From Chloroflexota bacterium (lineage in GTDB: Bacteria; Chloroflexota; Dehalococcoidia; UBA2979), in the NCBI GenBank assembly GCA_027592645.1, contig JAQCKI010000002.1, positions 1-62,384 of the forward strand: DNA of 62,384 bases, written 5' to 3'. The position numbers and the translations under genes are program-made. This document shows, one piece after another, positions 25,241-32,858 of the stretch. How positions within the stretch are numbered: the first letter of the stretch is position 1; each line of letters starts with the position of its first letter. Under the pieces are notes generated by a model. That model did not search any database. It saw nothing but the letters and a program-made list of their open reading frames with translations, and had not been told where the DNA came from.

Positions 25241-26458
25241 GTGGACTGGAATGACTCCGCAGAGCAGGCGACGTTCCGTGCTCAGGTTCGTGAAGTCATC
25301 GAAACGAAGATGCCCGAGCGCTACCGGCGCGGCTCTTCAGCTGAAGGCGCCGGATCCTGGCAGTCCGACCGCATCTCGAAGGACCCGGCAGCACGGCAGG
25401 CCGCGAGCGAATGGGCGAACGCCCTCGCCGAGCGCGGATGGATCGCGCCCCACTGGCCCAAGGAGTACGGCGGAGCCGGACTGAGCCCGATGGAGCAGTT
25501 CGTCTTCAAGCAGGAGATGGCACAGGCGCAGGCGCCGGGTGTGGGCGGCATGGGTGTCTCGCTCCTGGGCCCCACACTGATCGTCCACGGCACCGAGGCG
25601 CAGCGTGCCGAGCACCTGCCCCGCATCCTCTCCGGTGAGGTCGCGTGGGCGGAGGGCTACTCAGAGCCGGGCGCCGGCTCGGACCTCGCGTCCCTCCAGA
25701 CGCGCGCCATCAAGGACGGCGACGACTACGTCATCAACGGGCAGAAGATCTGGACCTCCGGCGCGCACACCGCGGACTGGCTGTTCGCCCTGGTCCGCAC
25801 CGACCCGGAGGCGCCGAAGCACCGCGGCATCTCGTTCCTGATGATGGACATCCACACGCCGGGCCTGAACGTGCGGCCCTTGATCAACATGGCGTGGGAG
25901 CACGGCTTCAACGAGACGTTCTTCGAGGACGTGCGTGTGCCGGCCAAGAACCTCGTTGGCGACGAGAACCGCGGTTGGTACGTGGGCGCTTCGCTGCTGG
26001 ACTTCGAGCGTTCCAACATCGCCGGGGCGATCGAGAACCGCCGCCTCCTGACGAACCTCATCACCTACGCGGGGAGCGCCGAGGGCCGGCCGAAGTCGCG
26101 CCTCTCGGAGAGTGTCGCCCTGCGCCACGAACTCGCCGATGCCTACGTGCAGACCGAGGTGCTGTTCAACTTCTCGTTCCGCATCATCTCGATGCAGAAC
26201 CGTGGATTGATCCCGAACTACGAGGCCTCCACGAGCAAGCTCTTCAACTCGGAGTTGGTCCAGCGCGCCGCCCGGCTCGGGACACGGGTCTTCGGGCTGT
26301 ACGGCAACCTCTGGGATCGGGACGACCCGATGGCCCCGATGGGCGCTCAGTTCACGCGCCTGTACGTGACCTCGATCCCGCGCACGATTGCGGCGGGGTC
26401 GTCTGAGATCCAGCGCAACATCATCGCGACCCGCGGCCTCGGGCTGCCTCGCGGATAG
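25241..26458 (+). CDS. Acyl-CoA dehydrogenase family protein
   Basis: ORF 25157..26458 trimmed to the GTG at 25241 (VDWNDSAEQATFRAQV) with GGAAAAGAGGA upstream. Has GYSEPGAGSDLASLQTRA, the ACAD signature, and IAAGSSEIQRNII at the C-terminus. Confidence 0.9.
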   Translation: MDWNDSAEQATFRAQVREVIETKMPERYRRGSSAEGAGSWQSDRISKDPAARQAASEWANALAERGWIAPHWPKEYGGAGLSPMEQFVFKQEMAQAQAPGVGGMGVSLLGPTLIVHGTEAQRAEHLPRILSGEVAWAEGYSEPGAGSDLASLQTRAIKDGDDYVINGQKIWTSGAHTADWLFALVRTDPEAPKHRGISFLMMDIHTPGLNVRPLINMAWEHGFNETFFEDVRVPAKNLVGDENRGWYVGASLLDFERSNIAGAIENRRLLTNLITYAGSAEGRPKSRLSESVALRHELADAYVQTEVLFNFSFRIISMQNRGLIPNYEASTSKLFNSELVQRAARLGTRVFGLYGNLWDRDDPMAPMGAQFTRLYVTSIPRTIAAGSSEIQRNIIATRGLGLPRG

Positions 26459-26468
26459 GCGTCATCGC

Positions 26469-26535
26469 GTGGAGGTGCGACACCGGGTCGGCGTCGCACC
26501 TCCCGAACGCCTCGTCCCGGTGGAGGTGCGACGTG
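26469..26535 (+). promoter_or_regulatory. Duplicated SD-containing 13-mer flanking its complement: two mutually exclusive hairpins in front of the DinB-like gene
   Basis: GTGGAGGTGCGAC occurs at 26469-26481 and again at 26520-26532, where it is immediately followed by the GTG start at 26533. GTCGCACCTCC (26493-26503) is the exact complement of the shared GGAGGTGCGAC. Confidence 0.55.
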
Positions 26536-27057
26536 CCTGAGCCAGGTGAGCAGCGCCGCGATGTCATCGAGAAGCTGCAGGCACACCACAATGAGATCGT
26601 GGTCGCGGTGCGGCGTCGCTCCGGTGACGAACTGCGCAGGCCGCCTCAGCCCGGCGAGTGGTCCGCCCTCCAGCAACTGGAACACCTGCTCCTTGCCGAT
26701 GACATCTGGACATCCATGGCGGTGCGCGCAGCGACTGAGGACGAGCCGGATCTGGCAGAACTGTGGGCGAAGTACCGGGTAGTCGAGGAGAGCAATCCGT
26801 TCCCTCCCCCGGGCAACCTGCGCTCGCTGGACGAACTCGTCGCTGCCCTGGAGCAGCGCCACCGCCATACGCTGGCGATCATTGACTCAGTTCCGGATGA
26901 GGCGCTCGCGCGGGTGGGACGCAATACCGGCTGGGGCAATCTGCCCGTGCTGCAGATGCTGCGCGGCGTCTACCGCCACTACCGCATGCACATCGACCAG
27001 ATCGAGGAACGCGAGCAGTCGTTTGCCCCTCGACGGGTGGAGTCGCGCGAGGGGTGA
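26533..27057 (+). CDS. DinB-family (DinB_2-like four-helix bundle) protein
   Basis: 174 aa. Pattern EWSALQQLEHLLLADD...YRHYRMHIDQI, with His residues spaced as in the DinB/YfiT metal triad. Confidence 0.7.
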   Translation: MPEPGEQRRDVIEKLQAHHNEIVVAVRRRSGDELRRPPQPGEWSALQQLEHLLLADDIWTSMAVRAATEDEPDLAELWAKYRVVEESNPFPPPGNLRSLDELVAALEQRHRHTLAIIDSVPDEALARVGRNTGWGNLPVLQMLRGVYRHYRMHIDQIEEREQSFAPRRVESREG

Positions 27058-27120
27058 CGGCGGGCTGCTCGTTCCCCAGTTGAGCGGCGAGAAACGCGGC
27101 GACGCGGCTCATCGCTCTGG

Positions 27121-27450
27121 CTACCCGGCACTCACCGTGCGGTTCGTTTCGTCTGCATCCGGGATGGGGTCGGCCGGGACGATGTATGGCGTTGCGAGGG
27201 CGCGATCTTGCGCTTCGATCTGGCGCGTCAGTGCGCGGCGCTCCTGCCGGCCGTGGATCCGCGTGGGGATTGAGAGCAGAAGGCTCATCACCACCCCGAC
27301 GAGCATGGCGATGCCGAGGGCGAGCACGAGCGGTACGGACGTAGTCTCCCAGGCGAGAAAGTGCAGGTTCACGGCCTGCGCGTTCTGGGCTCCAAAGAGC
27401 ACCAGGAGGATGCCTATCAGCATCGCGAGCACCAGACCGAACATGTTCAC
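27121..27450 (-). CDS. LapA-domain (DUF1049) inner-membrane protein
   Basis: Two TM helices with FGAQNAQAVNLHFLAWE between them, typical of LapA/YciS-like proteins. The start is GTG 27450 or ATG 27444. Confidence 0.7.
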   Translation of the reverse strand: MNMFGLVLAMLIGILLVLFGAQNAQAVNLHFLAWETTSVPLVLALGIAMLVGVVMSLLLSIPTRIHGRQERRALTRQIEAQDRALATPYIVPADPIPDADETNRTVSAG

Positions 27451-27698
27451 AATGAGACTCCATCCGCGCTCCGGAGCGCGTCACCCTCGGCACGAACGCA
27501 CTGTGGCGCCTCGCTACTCGGGCTTACCCGCGAGCTTCTCTTCACATTGGCAACGACACCCTGGCCCTTGCCCTTGAGTTCCTGAGCGGCACCCTTGGCC
27601 TGCATCTCATCGTTGCCGATGGCCTCGCCCACCTTCTTGCGAGTCGCGCCCGCAGCCTCGCTGGCCTTGCCCTTTGCGCGATCCTTTTTGCCTGCCAT
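27447..27698 (-). CDS. CsbD-family general stress protein
   Basis: ATG at 27698 preceded by AGGAGG. MAGKKDRAKGKASEAAGATRKKVGEAIGNDEMQAKGAAQELKGKGQG is the CsbD repeat signature. The stop overlaps the LapA-like start (GTGA). Confidence 0.75.
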   Translation of the reverse strand: MAGKKDRAKGKASEAAGATRKKVGEAIGNDEMQAKGAAQELKGKGQGVVANVKRSSRVSPSSEAPQCVRAEGDALRSADGVSL

Positions 27699-28158
27699 GA
27701 ACTTCCTCCTAAAGGTGCACAGTGAACCGTTGCATACCGTGTGATCCGTTGCGGCCTGCGCGCCGGCGCAGGCGCCGGCAACGAGTGAAGAGAGCCCGGA
27801 GCGCAGCCCATCCAGGGTGGCTTCGAGGCGACCGTGCTGACGGTCCCTGCGCTTCTTCAGGAAGAGCGCCACAGCGCCCAGGCTGAGAGCCGCCGCCGTG
27901 GCCTTGATTGGGAATCTCAAGAGGTCACCTCGGCCATCGCGAGCGGGCGGAAACCAGACGCTGGCATGTCGAACTTCCTTGCCGAACGGCATCAATCGGT
28001 GCTCCGACGCTAGGTCGGGGAGCGTCACCAATTCGTCACACACGCGAGACATGGCGCTCCGCGGCAGATCGATGAGCATTCGCGCGTCTGAGGCCCGGTC
28101 GAGCGCGGAACGAGGCGCGCACTCAGACAGCGCTGCAGCCGGGCCGTACCATGGTTCA

Positions 28159-28794
28159 ATGGGAATCGGCATCGCGTTCTGCCTGGTGAGCCTCATCTTC
28201 ATCGCGATCCTGCTGATCGGCGGCGTGCTGTGGATCGGCGGGCGGATCGAGGGCGTCAACCCGTTCAAGACCGAGCCGATCATGAACGTCGGCCCGACCG
28301 TCATCGAGAGCATCCGCGAACTGTCGGACCTGGTGACCGTGGAGGTCGTGGAGTACACGACGATTGAGCGCGGCCAGGACGCGGGCTTCCTCAACTTCTT
28401 CCGTGGGGACCGTATCTTCCTCTTCGCCGTCGCTCGCATCGGTGCGGGCGTCGACCTCGCACAGCTCCGTGACGAGGACGTCGAGGTCGACCGCGAGGCC
28501 AACTCCGTCCGCATTCGCCTCCCGGAGGCCAAGATCCTCTACGCCGCGCTCGATAACGAGAGCACCCAGGTCTACGACCGCGAAACCGGCATCTTCCGCG
28601 GTGCCGACCGCGATCTGGAGAGCCAGGCGCGGCTGGCGGCCGAGCAGATCCTGCGCGAACAAGCGCTGACCGCGGGCATCCTGGAGCATGCGACCGCGAA
28701 CGCGAAGACCACGCTCGAAACGTTCCTCCACGGCCTCGGGTTTGAGCAGATCACGATTCTCGGCGCATTCGACGAGGTTCCCGCGACACGCTGA
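28159..28794 (+). CDS. DUF4230 domain membrane-anchored protein
   Basis: ORF 27898..28794 trimmed to the ATG at 28159. N-terminal TM helix, then IRELSDLVTVEVVEYT...FLFAVARIGAGVDLAQL...RIRLPEAKIL, matching the DUF4230 pattern as I recall it. Confidence 0.7.
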   Translation: MGIGIAFCLVSLIFIAILLIGGVLWIGGRIEGVNPFKTEPIMNVGPTVIESIRELSDLVTVEVVEYTTIERGQDAGFLNFFRGDRIFLFAVARIGAGVDLAQLRDEDVEVDREANSVRIRLPEAKILYAALDNESTQVYDRETGIFRGADRDLESQARLAAEQILREQALTAGILEHATANAKTTLETFLHGLGFEQITILGAFDEVPATR

Positions 28795-28859
28795 CGCCGC
28801 GCATAGCACGCCCCGCATCGCTGTATCCTCGAGCGGTACCCGGCAGCGCCCATCAGAGT

Positions 28860-29633
28860 ATGCACATGAGTCCCACAAGTACCCGCCCGCGCATCCTGAT
28901 CACCACTCAGCACGCTGCCGTCGATGGCGGCTGGGATGACTACTCGGCGGACTACGCGCGCGCCATCGCCGCCGCCGGTGGCGACGCGATCCCGATTCAC
29001 TTCGACCATTACGTCCCAGGCGACGTTCCGGAGCACGATGGACTGGTGATCATCGGTGGCGTTGATGTCGACCCCGCGCGCTACGGGGAGGCGCGCCACC
29101 GGTCCGTTCAGCGGTCGGTACCTGCCCGCGACGAGATGGAGATCGACCTGGCACGACTGGCGCTCGATCAGCGCCGCCCGTTGCTCGCGATCTGTCGCGG
29201 TGCGCAGGTGATGAACGTCGCGTGCGGCGGATCGTTGCTCCAGCACATCGATGAACGCATGCCCCATCGCGGCCCCGCCGGGACAGACGAGTCTGGCTGG
29301 CACGGCGTCACGGTTACGCCCGGCTCGCTCCTCGCGCGGATCGCGGGGGAGGCGCCCCTTCGCGTGAACTCGCGCCACCACCAGGCCGTGACACCGGAAC
29401 GGCTCGCGCCGGGCCTGGTGGAGTCCGGTCGCACGGACGAAGGCGGCGTGGTCGTCCTTGAGGCGTTCGAGGCGCCCGACCACCCGTTCGCACTCGGAGT
29501 GCAGTGGCACCCCGAGCGACCCGAGATGAGTGGTGACCCGATGCACGAGGCCGCATCGACCCGATTGTTCGAGGCGTTCGTGGATGCATCGCGGGAGGGC
29601 GCCATCCGTTCCGCTGGCGCTGGCGAGACGTAA
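28860..29633 (+). CDS. Gamma-glutamyl-gamma-aminobutyrate hydrolase family (class I glutamine amidotransferase-like, peptidase C26)
   Basis: Has LLAICRGAQVMNVACGGSL (nucleophile Cys), NSRHHQA and the GVQWHPE motif. Confidence 0.85.
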   Translation: MHMSPTSTRPRILITTQHAAVDGGWDDYSADYARAIAAAGGDAIPIHFDHYVPGDVPEHDGLVIIGGVDVDPARYGEARHRSVQRSVPARDEMEIDLARLALDQRRPLLAICRGAQVMNVACGGSLLQHIDERMPHRGPAGTDESGWHGVTVTPGSLLARIAGEAPLRVNSRHHQAVTPERLAPGLVESGRTDEGGVVVLEAFEAPDHPFALGVQWHPERPEMSGDPMHEAASTRLFEAFVDASREGAIRSAGAGET

Positions 29634-29705
29634 CGTCGACGAACGTGGGCGACGGCTTGAACCGTCCCGTACAGTGAAATCATCGACCCGACGAAGGAGA
29701 GACTC

Positions 29706-30431
29706 ATGACCACTGGACTGCTCTTGCTGCACGCGTTCCCATTGGATGCCCAGATGTGGAGCGAACAGGTCACGGCGACCTCGGGCGTTCCGGTGGTCGC
29801 CGTGAATCTGCCGGGCTTCGGAGGCGCACCCTCCGCGGACCCCGCGGGCTGGATGGACACGGCGGCGGATCACGCGGATGCCGCGATCGTCGCGGCGGGC
29901 ATCGATCGGGTGATTGTGTGTGGACTCTCGATGGGCGGCTACGTCGCCTTCGCGTATCTGCGCCGCCACGGGGCCAAGGTGGCCGGTCTGATCCTCGCGA
30001 ACACGCGGGCGGATGCAGACGATGCCGCCGCGAAGGAGCGTCGCCAGGGGCTGGCGACTCGCCTCCGCAGCGAAGGCAACTTCCTCGCGGATTCGCCTCC
30101 GCCCCTGCTGTCCGACGCTGCGCCTGCCAGGGTGCGCGACCGAGTCGCGGCGATCATTCGCGGCCAGACGCCCGAGGCGATCGCGCAGGCCGCGTTGGCC
30201 ATGGCTCAGCGGGCCGACTCACAGGGCGATCTGGCGGCTATCTCCGTACCAACGCTGGTGATCACATCGAGCGCGGACGCGTTGATCTCGCCAGACTTCT
30301 CGAAGGCGATGGCGGACGCTATCCCGGGAGCGCGGCTGGAGACCATCCCCAACGTGGGGCACCTCTCCAACCTGGAGGCGCCGGCAGAATTCAACCGGCT
30401 GATCGCTGACTTCGTCGCCGCGGTGGGCTAG
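29706..30431 (+). CDS. Alpha/beta hydrolase fold protein
   Basis: GLSMGG nucleophile elbow, LLLHAFP oxyanion region and C-terminal VGHLSNLE. Confidence 0.85.
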   Translation: MTTGLLLLHAFPLDAQMWSEQVTATSGVPVVAVNLPGFGGAPSADPAGWMDTAADHADAAIVAAGIDRVIVCGLSMGGYVAFAYLRRHGAKVAGLILANTRADADDAAAKERRQGLATRLRSEGNFLADSPPPLLSDAAPARVRDRVAAIIRGQTPEAIAQAALAMAQRADSQGDLAAISVPTLVITSSADALISPDFSKAMADAIPGARLETIPNVGHLSNLEAPAEFNRLIADFVAAVG

Positions 30432-30453
30432 GAGAAGCGGGCGTAGATGCTGC

Positions 30454-31809
30454 CTACCGCACCTCGTACGCGAGTGCGGTGAGGAGCGCGTTGACGCCGT
30501 CCTGCTGCGCCGCGGCGTCGCTATCGTCTGACCACCGCAGTTCCACATCGATCGCCGCGACACCGGCGGCCTCCATCGCGTCGATGAATTGCCCGGTGAT
30601 CGGGTAGGCCTCCCAGTGCTCGACGTAGTCGAGTGCCGCCGCCTCCGCGTATGCGAGTCCGAGGTGTTCCGCGAGTGGAATGTCGTTCCCCTCGACGAGC
30701 GCCGCGTACGAGTGCCACACCACGACGATCGTCGGGCGGGCCACGATCACGAAGTCGGCCAGCGCGCGCGTCTCCGGCTCGGACAGTGGTGCGGTGCCGC
30801 CGCTGACGGTACCGCTGGCGGGATGGAACGCCTCCGGGTGCCAATCACTGGTCGCCCAGTTGCGGTTGAGATCGACGCCGTTCGCATTGGTGCGCTGGTC
30901 ATGGGCCAGGCCATCCGGGTTCAGCACCGGGATCGCGCAGAGCCGCACCACGAGGGGAATCGAGAGCCCGCCGCGCTCCATCTCCACCACCATCTGCCGC
31001 GCAAGCGTGACGGTGTTCTCCTCGACACCCGTGTGCATACCGCCGACGAGCAGCACCAGGTGCGAGCCGTCACCCACGCAGAACATCTCGATCGGGCGTC
31101 CCTGCACGGAGTGGCCGATGACGACTTCCTCGAGCACGGACGGGGTGTCCGGGAGCATCGCAATGCTCGCCTCGCTGCAGACGACCAGCAGCGGGGTCTG
31201 CGCCGGGATGTCCGTGGGGAACTGCGATAGCCAGTGTGCATTCACGAAGGGCGGCGCCCCCGCGTTGTAGCCGACGAACCGGCCGCCCACCATGACCCAC
31301 ACGGATCGAGCGGCACAGCCCTGCTCGCCGGCCGCCTCGACCAACCGGTGAACCGGCCCACCGTTCCAGATGACGAAGCCGGTGCCACCGAAATGAGGCA
31401 GGGTGCCGCCAATGGTCCCGGCGAGTGGTGCAGTCGAGGCGGTCGGGCTCCCGTCGGCCTCGACGAGCGCGGCGGTGGCTATGGCGCCCCCGTCCCAGAG
31501 GCGGCGCCAGGGCGAGCCATCGGCTCCGGTGGCGCGCTGTAGTACCTGAGACGCCGTCCCATGCTGGACGCAGCGGATCGTGTCGCCGTCCGGGCCCGCC
31601 ACGCTCCTCAGATCAGCGCACCCACCACCGACGGGACTCGTACGCGGCTCCAGTTCCGCTCCGGCAACGTGCGCGGTGGCGAGGAGCAGGATCAGCGCCC
31701 CGAGCAGGGCGATCCAGGGGCGTACAGGGACAGAAGTGGAGCGCGGACGGGTGGGCAACAGCGGGCCTTCGCTAGCCACCCCGCATCCAACGTACCTCAA
31801 CGGTGCCAC
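30454..31809 (-). CDS. Secreted M14-family zinc carboxypeptidase-like protein (MpaA / gamma-D-Glu-DAP peptidase-like) with N-terminal extra domain
   Basis: Signal-like segment PWIALLGALILLLATAHVAGA. Has GGMHTGVEE, NPDG, DLNRNW and WHSY motifs in the order expected for M14. The exact start is uncertain. Confidence 0.7.
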   Translation of the reverse strand: MAPLRYVGCGVASEGPLLPTRPRSTSVPVRPWIALLGALILLLATAHVAGAELEPRTSPVGGGCADLRSVAGPDGDTIRCVQHGTASQVLQRATGADGSPWRRLWDGGAIATAALVEADGSPTASTAPLAGTIGGTLPHFGGTGFVIWNGGPVHRLVEAAGEQGCAARSVWVMVGGRFVGYNAGAPPFVNAHWLSQFPTDIPAQTPLLVVCSEASIAMLPDTPSVLEEVVIGHSVQGRPIEMFCVGDGSHLVLLVGGMHTGVEENTVTLARQMVVEMERGGLSIPLVVRLCAIPVLNPDGLAHDQRTNANGVDLNRNWATSDWHPEAFHPASGTVSGGTAPLSEPETRALADFVIVARPTIVVVWHSYAALVEGNDIPLAEHLGLAYAEAAALDYVEHWEAYPITGQFIDAMEAAGVAAIDVELRWSDDSDAAAQQDGVNALLTALAYEVR

Positions 31810-31897
31810 CGTTGGATCGAGGTGGCCGTCTAACGCCCGCGATCAGCGCGCTCACCCACCGATCGCACCTGCTGGAGGTGGGGGGACGGCCTGCGGC

Positions 31898-32094
31898 CTA
31901 CGACAGCCGGGCGATGACGAACAACAGCAGGTACTTGCAGGGGTCCTCGAGATCGCCCTCCACCACGTTCGTGGCCGTGGCCATGACCCGCGCTCGGTCG
32001 AGGATCCACGGGCGATCCGCGCCCCACTCACGCACGCTGGTCTGAAGGATCACCGCCGGGGTGCGCGGCAGCGGGCCAGCGCCCTCCGCCTCGA
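31898..32094 (-). pseudogene. Out-of-frame continuation of the sortase-like gene (C-terminal TLxTC-region with Ser in place of Cys)
   Basis: The frame of ORF 31898..32278 reads ...AEGAGPLPRTPAVILQTSVREWGADRPWILDRARVMATA. This fits the sortase pattern L.L.T[C]...R.[IV][VM].A, but in a different frame from 32095..32808 and with AGC (Ser) where TGC (Cys) is expected. Confidence 0.35.
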
Positions 32095-32808
32095 CTAGTC
32101 GCCGCCTGAATCGCGGTCGGCGAGGTAGATGCCCTCCACCACGTAACGCCGGCGCTCGACGGCATCGCCGGTCGCACGGTCGATGCCATCGACCAGCAGG
32201 ACGTCGCCGTGGCCGAGGTACTGCAGCACCATGAGCAGGCCCGGTGCGCCCTGCCACCGACTGTGCCCGAAGATCCACGCGACGTGCTCAAGGCCGGCGA
32301 ACGCCTGCTTCGGCGTCGCAATCCCGAAGTTGGGGACCGTGAGCGTCTGGCCGCCGGGGGGCGGGGCGGCACAGCCCGGGTAAGGCGCTCCGGTGTCAGG
32401 AGTGGTGTAACTCAGCACGACCTCGGCATCGAGGTTCTGCGATGGGATCTGCAGCCGGGTCGCCCGGATCCCCAGCGATGCCGGTGCGGGCGTGGCGGTG
32501 GTGACTGTCGGCGCGGCGGTCGCGGTAGTGACGGCGGTCGTTGTGGCGGTGGCTGTGACGGTCGTGGGAACGGTGGCCGTCGCCGTCGCAGAGGCGGTCG
32601 CTGCCTCGGTCGCGGTCCCGGTCACCGTCGCGGAGGCACCTGCGGTGGCAGTTGGGGACGACGCGGCGACAGTCGCGTCGGGCGTGCCGTCCGGTCCGGC
32701 ATCGGGTTCACCGCATGCAACGGTGACCACGGCGACGAGAACGACGGCGAACCAACGGAGATAGACCATGATCACAGCGTACGAGGCAACACCAGACGTC
32801 ACCCGCAA
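32095..32808 (-). CDS. Secreted protein with Thr/Ala-rich linker and sortase-like domain (N-terminal two thirds, ends prematurely)
   Basis: Signal/TM segment (YLRWFAVVLVAVVTVACG), about 80 aa of T/A low-complexity linker, then LQIPSQNLDAEVV...WIFGHSRW...LGHGDVLLV...YVVEG. This resembles the His-containing half of class E/F sortases. Confidence 0.55.
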   Translation of the reverse strand: MRVTSGVASYAVIMVYLRWFAVVLVAVVTVACGEPDAGPDGTPDATVAASSPTATAGASATVTGTATEAATASATATATVPTTVTATATTTAVTTATAAPTVTTATPAPASLGIRATRLQIPSQNLDAEVVLSYTTPDTGAPYPGCAAPPPGGQTLTVPNFGIATPKQAFAGLEHVAWIFGHSRWQGAPGLLMVLQYLGHGDVLLVDGIDRATGDAVERRRYVVEGIYLADRDSGGD

Positions 32809-32858
32809 GGTGGCCTGACGTGCTTGCTCGCTGGGGATCTTGGCTCTTCAGCCGTGGC

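Noticed and set aside
27447-28532. 361-aa ORF as a long CsbD fusion protein
   Set aside because: Most of it is antisense to the DUF4230 gene. A strong AGGAGG-ATG at 27698 defines a normal-sized CsbD protein.
32460-32700. Apparent GC-rich low-complexity DNA repeat
   Set aside because: It is the coding sequence of a Thr/Ala-rich linker (TATATATVPTTVTATATTTAV...) in the sortase-like protein. It is codon-level redundancy rather than a defined DNA tandem repeat.
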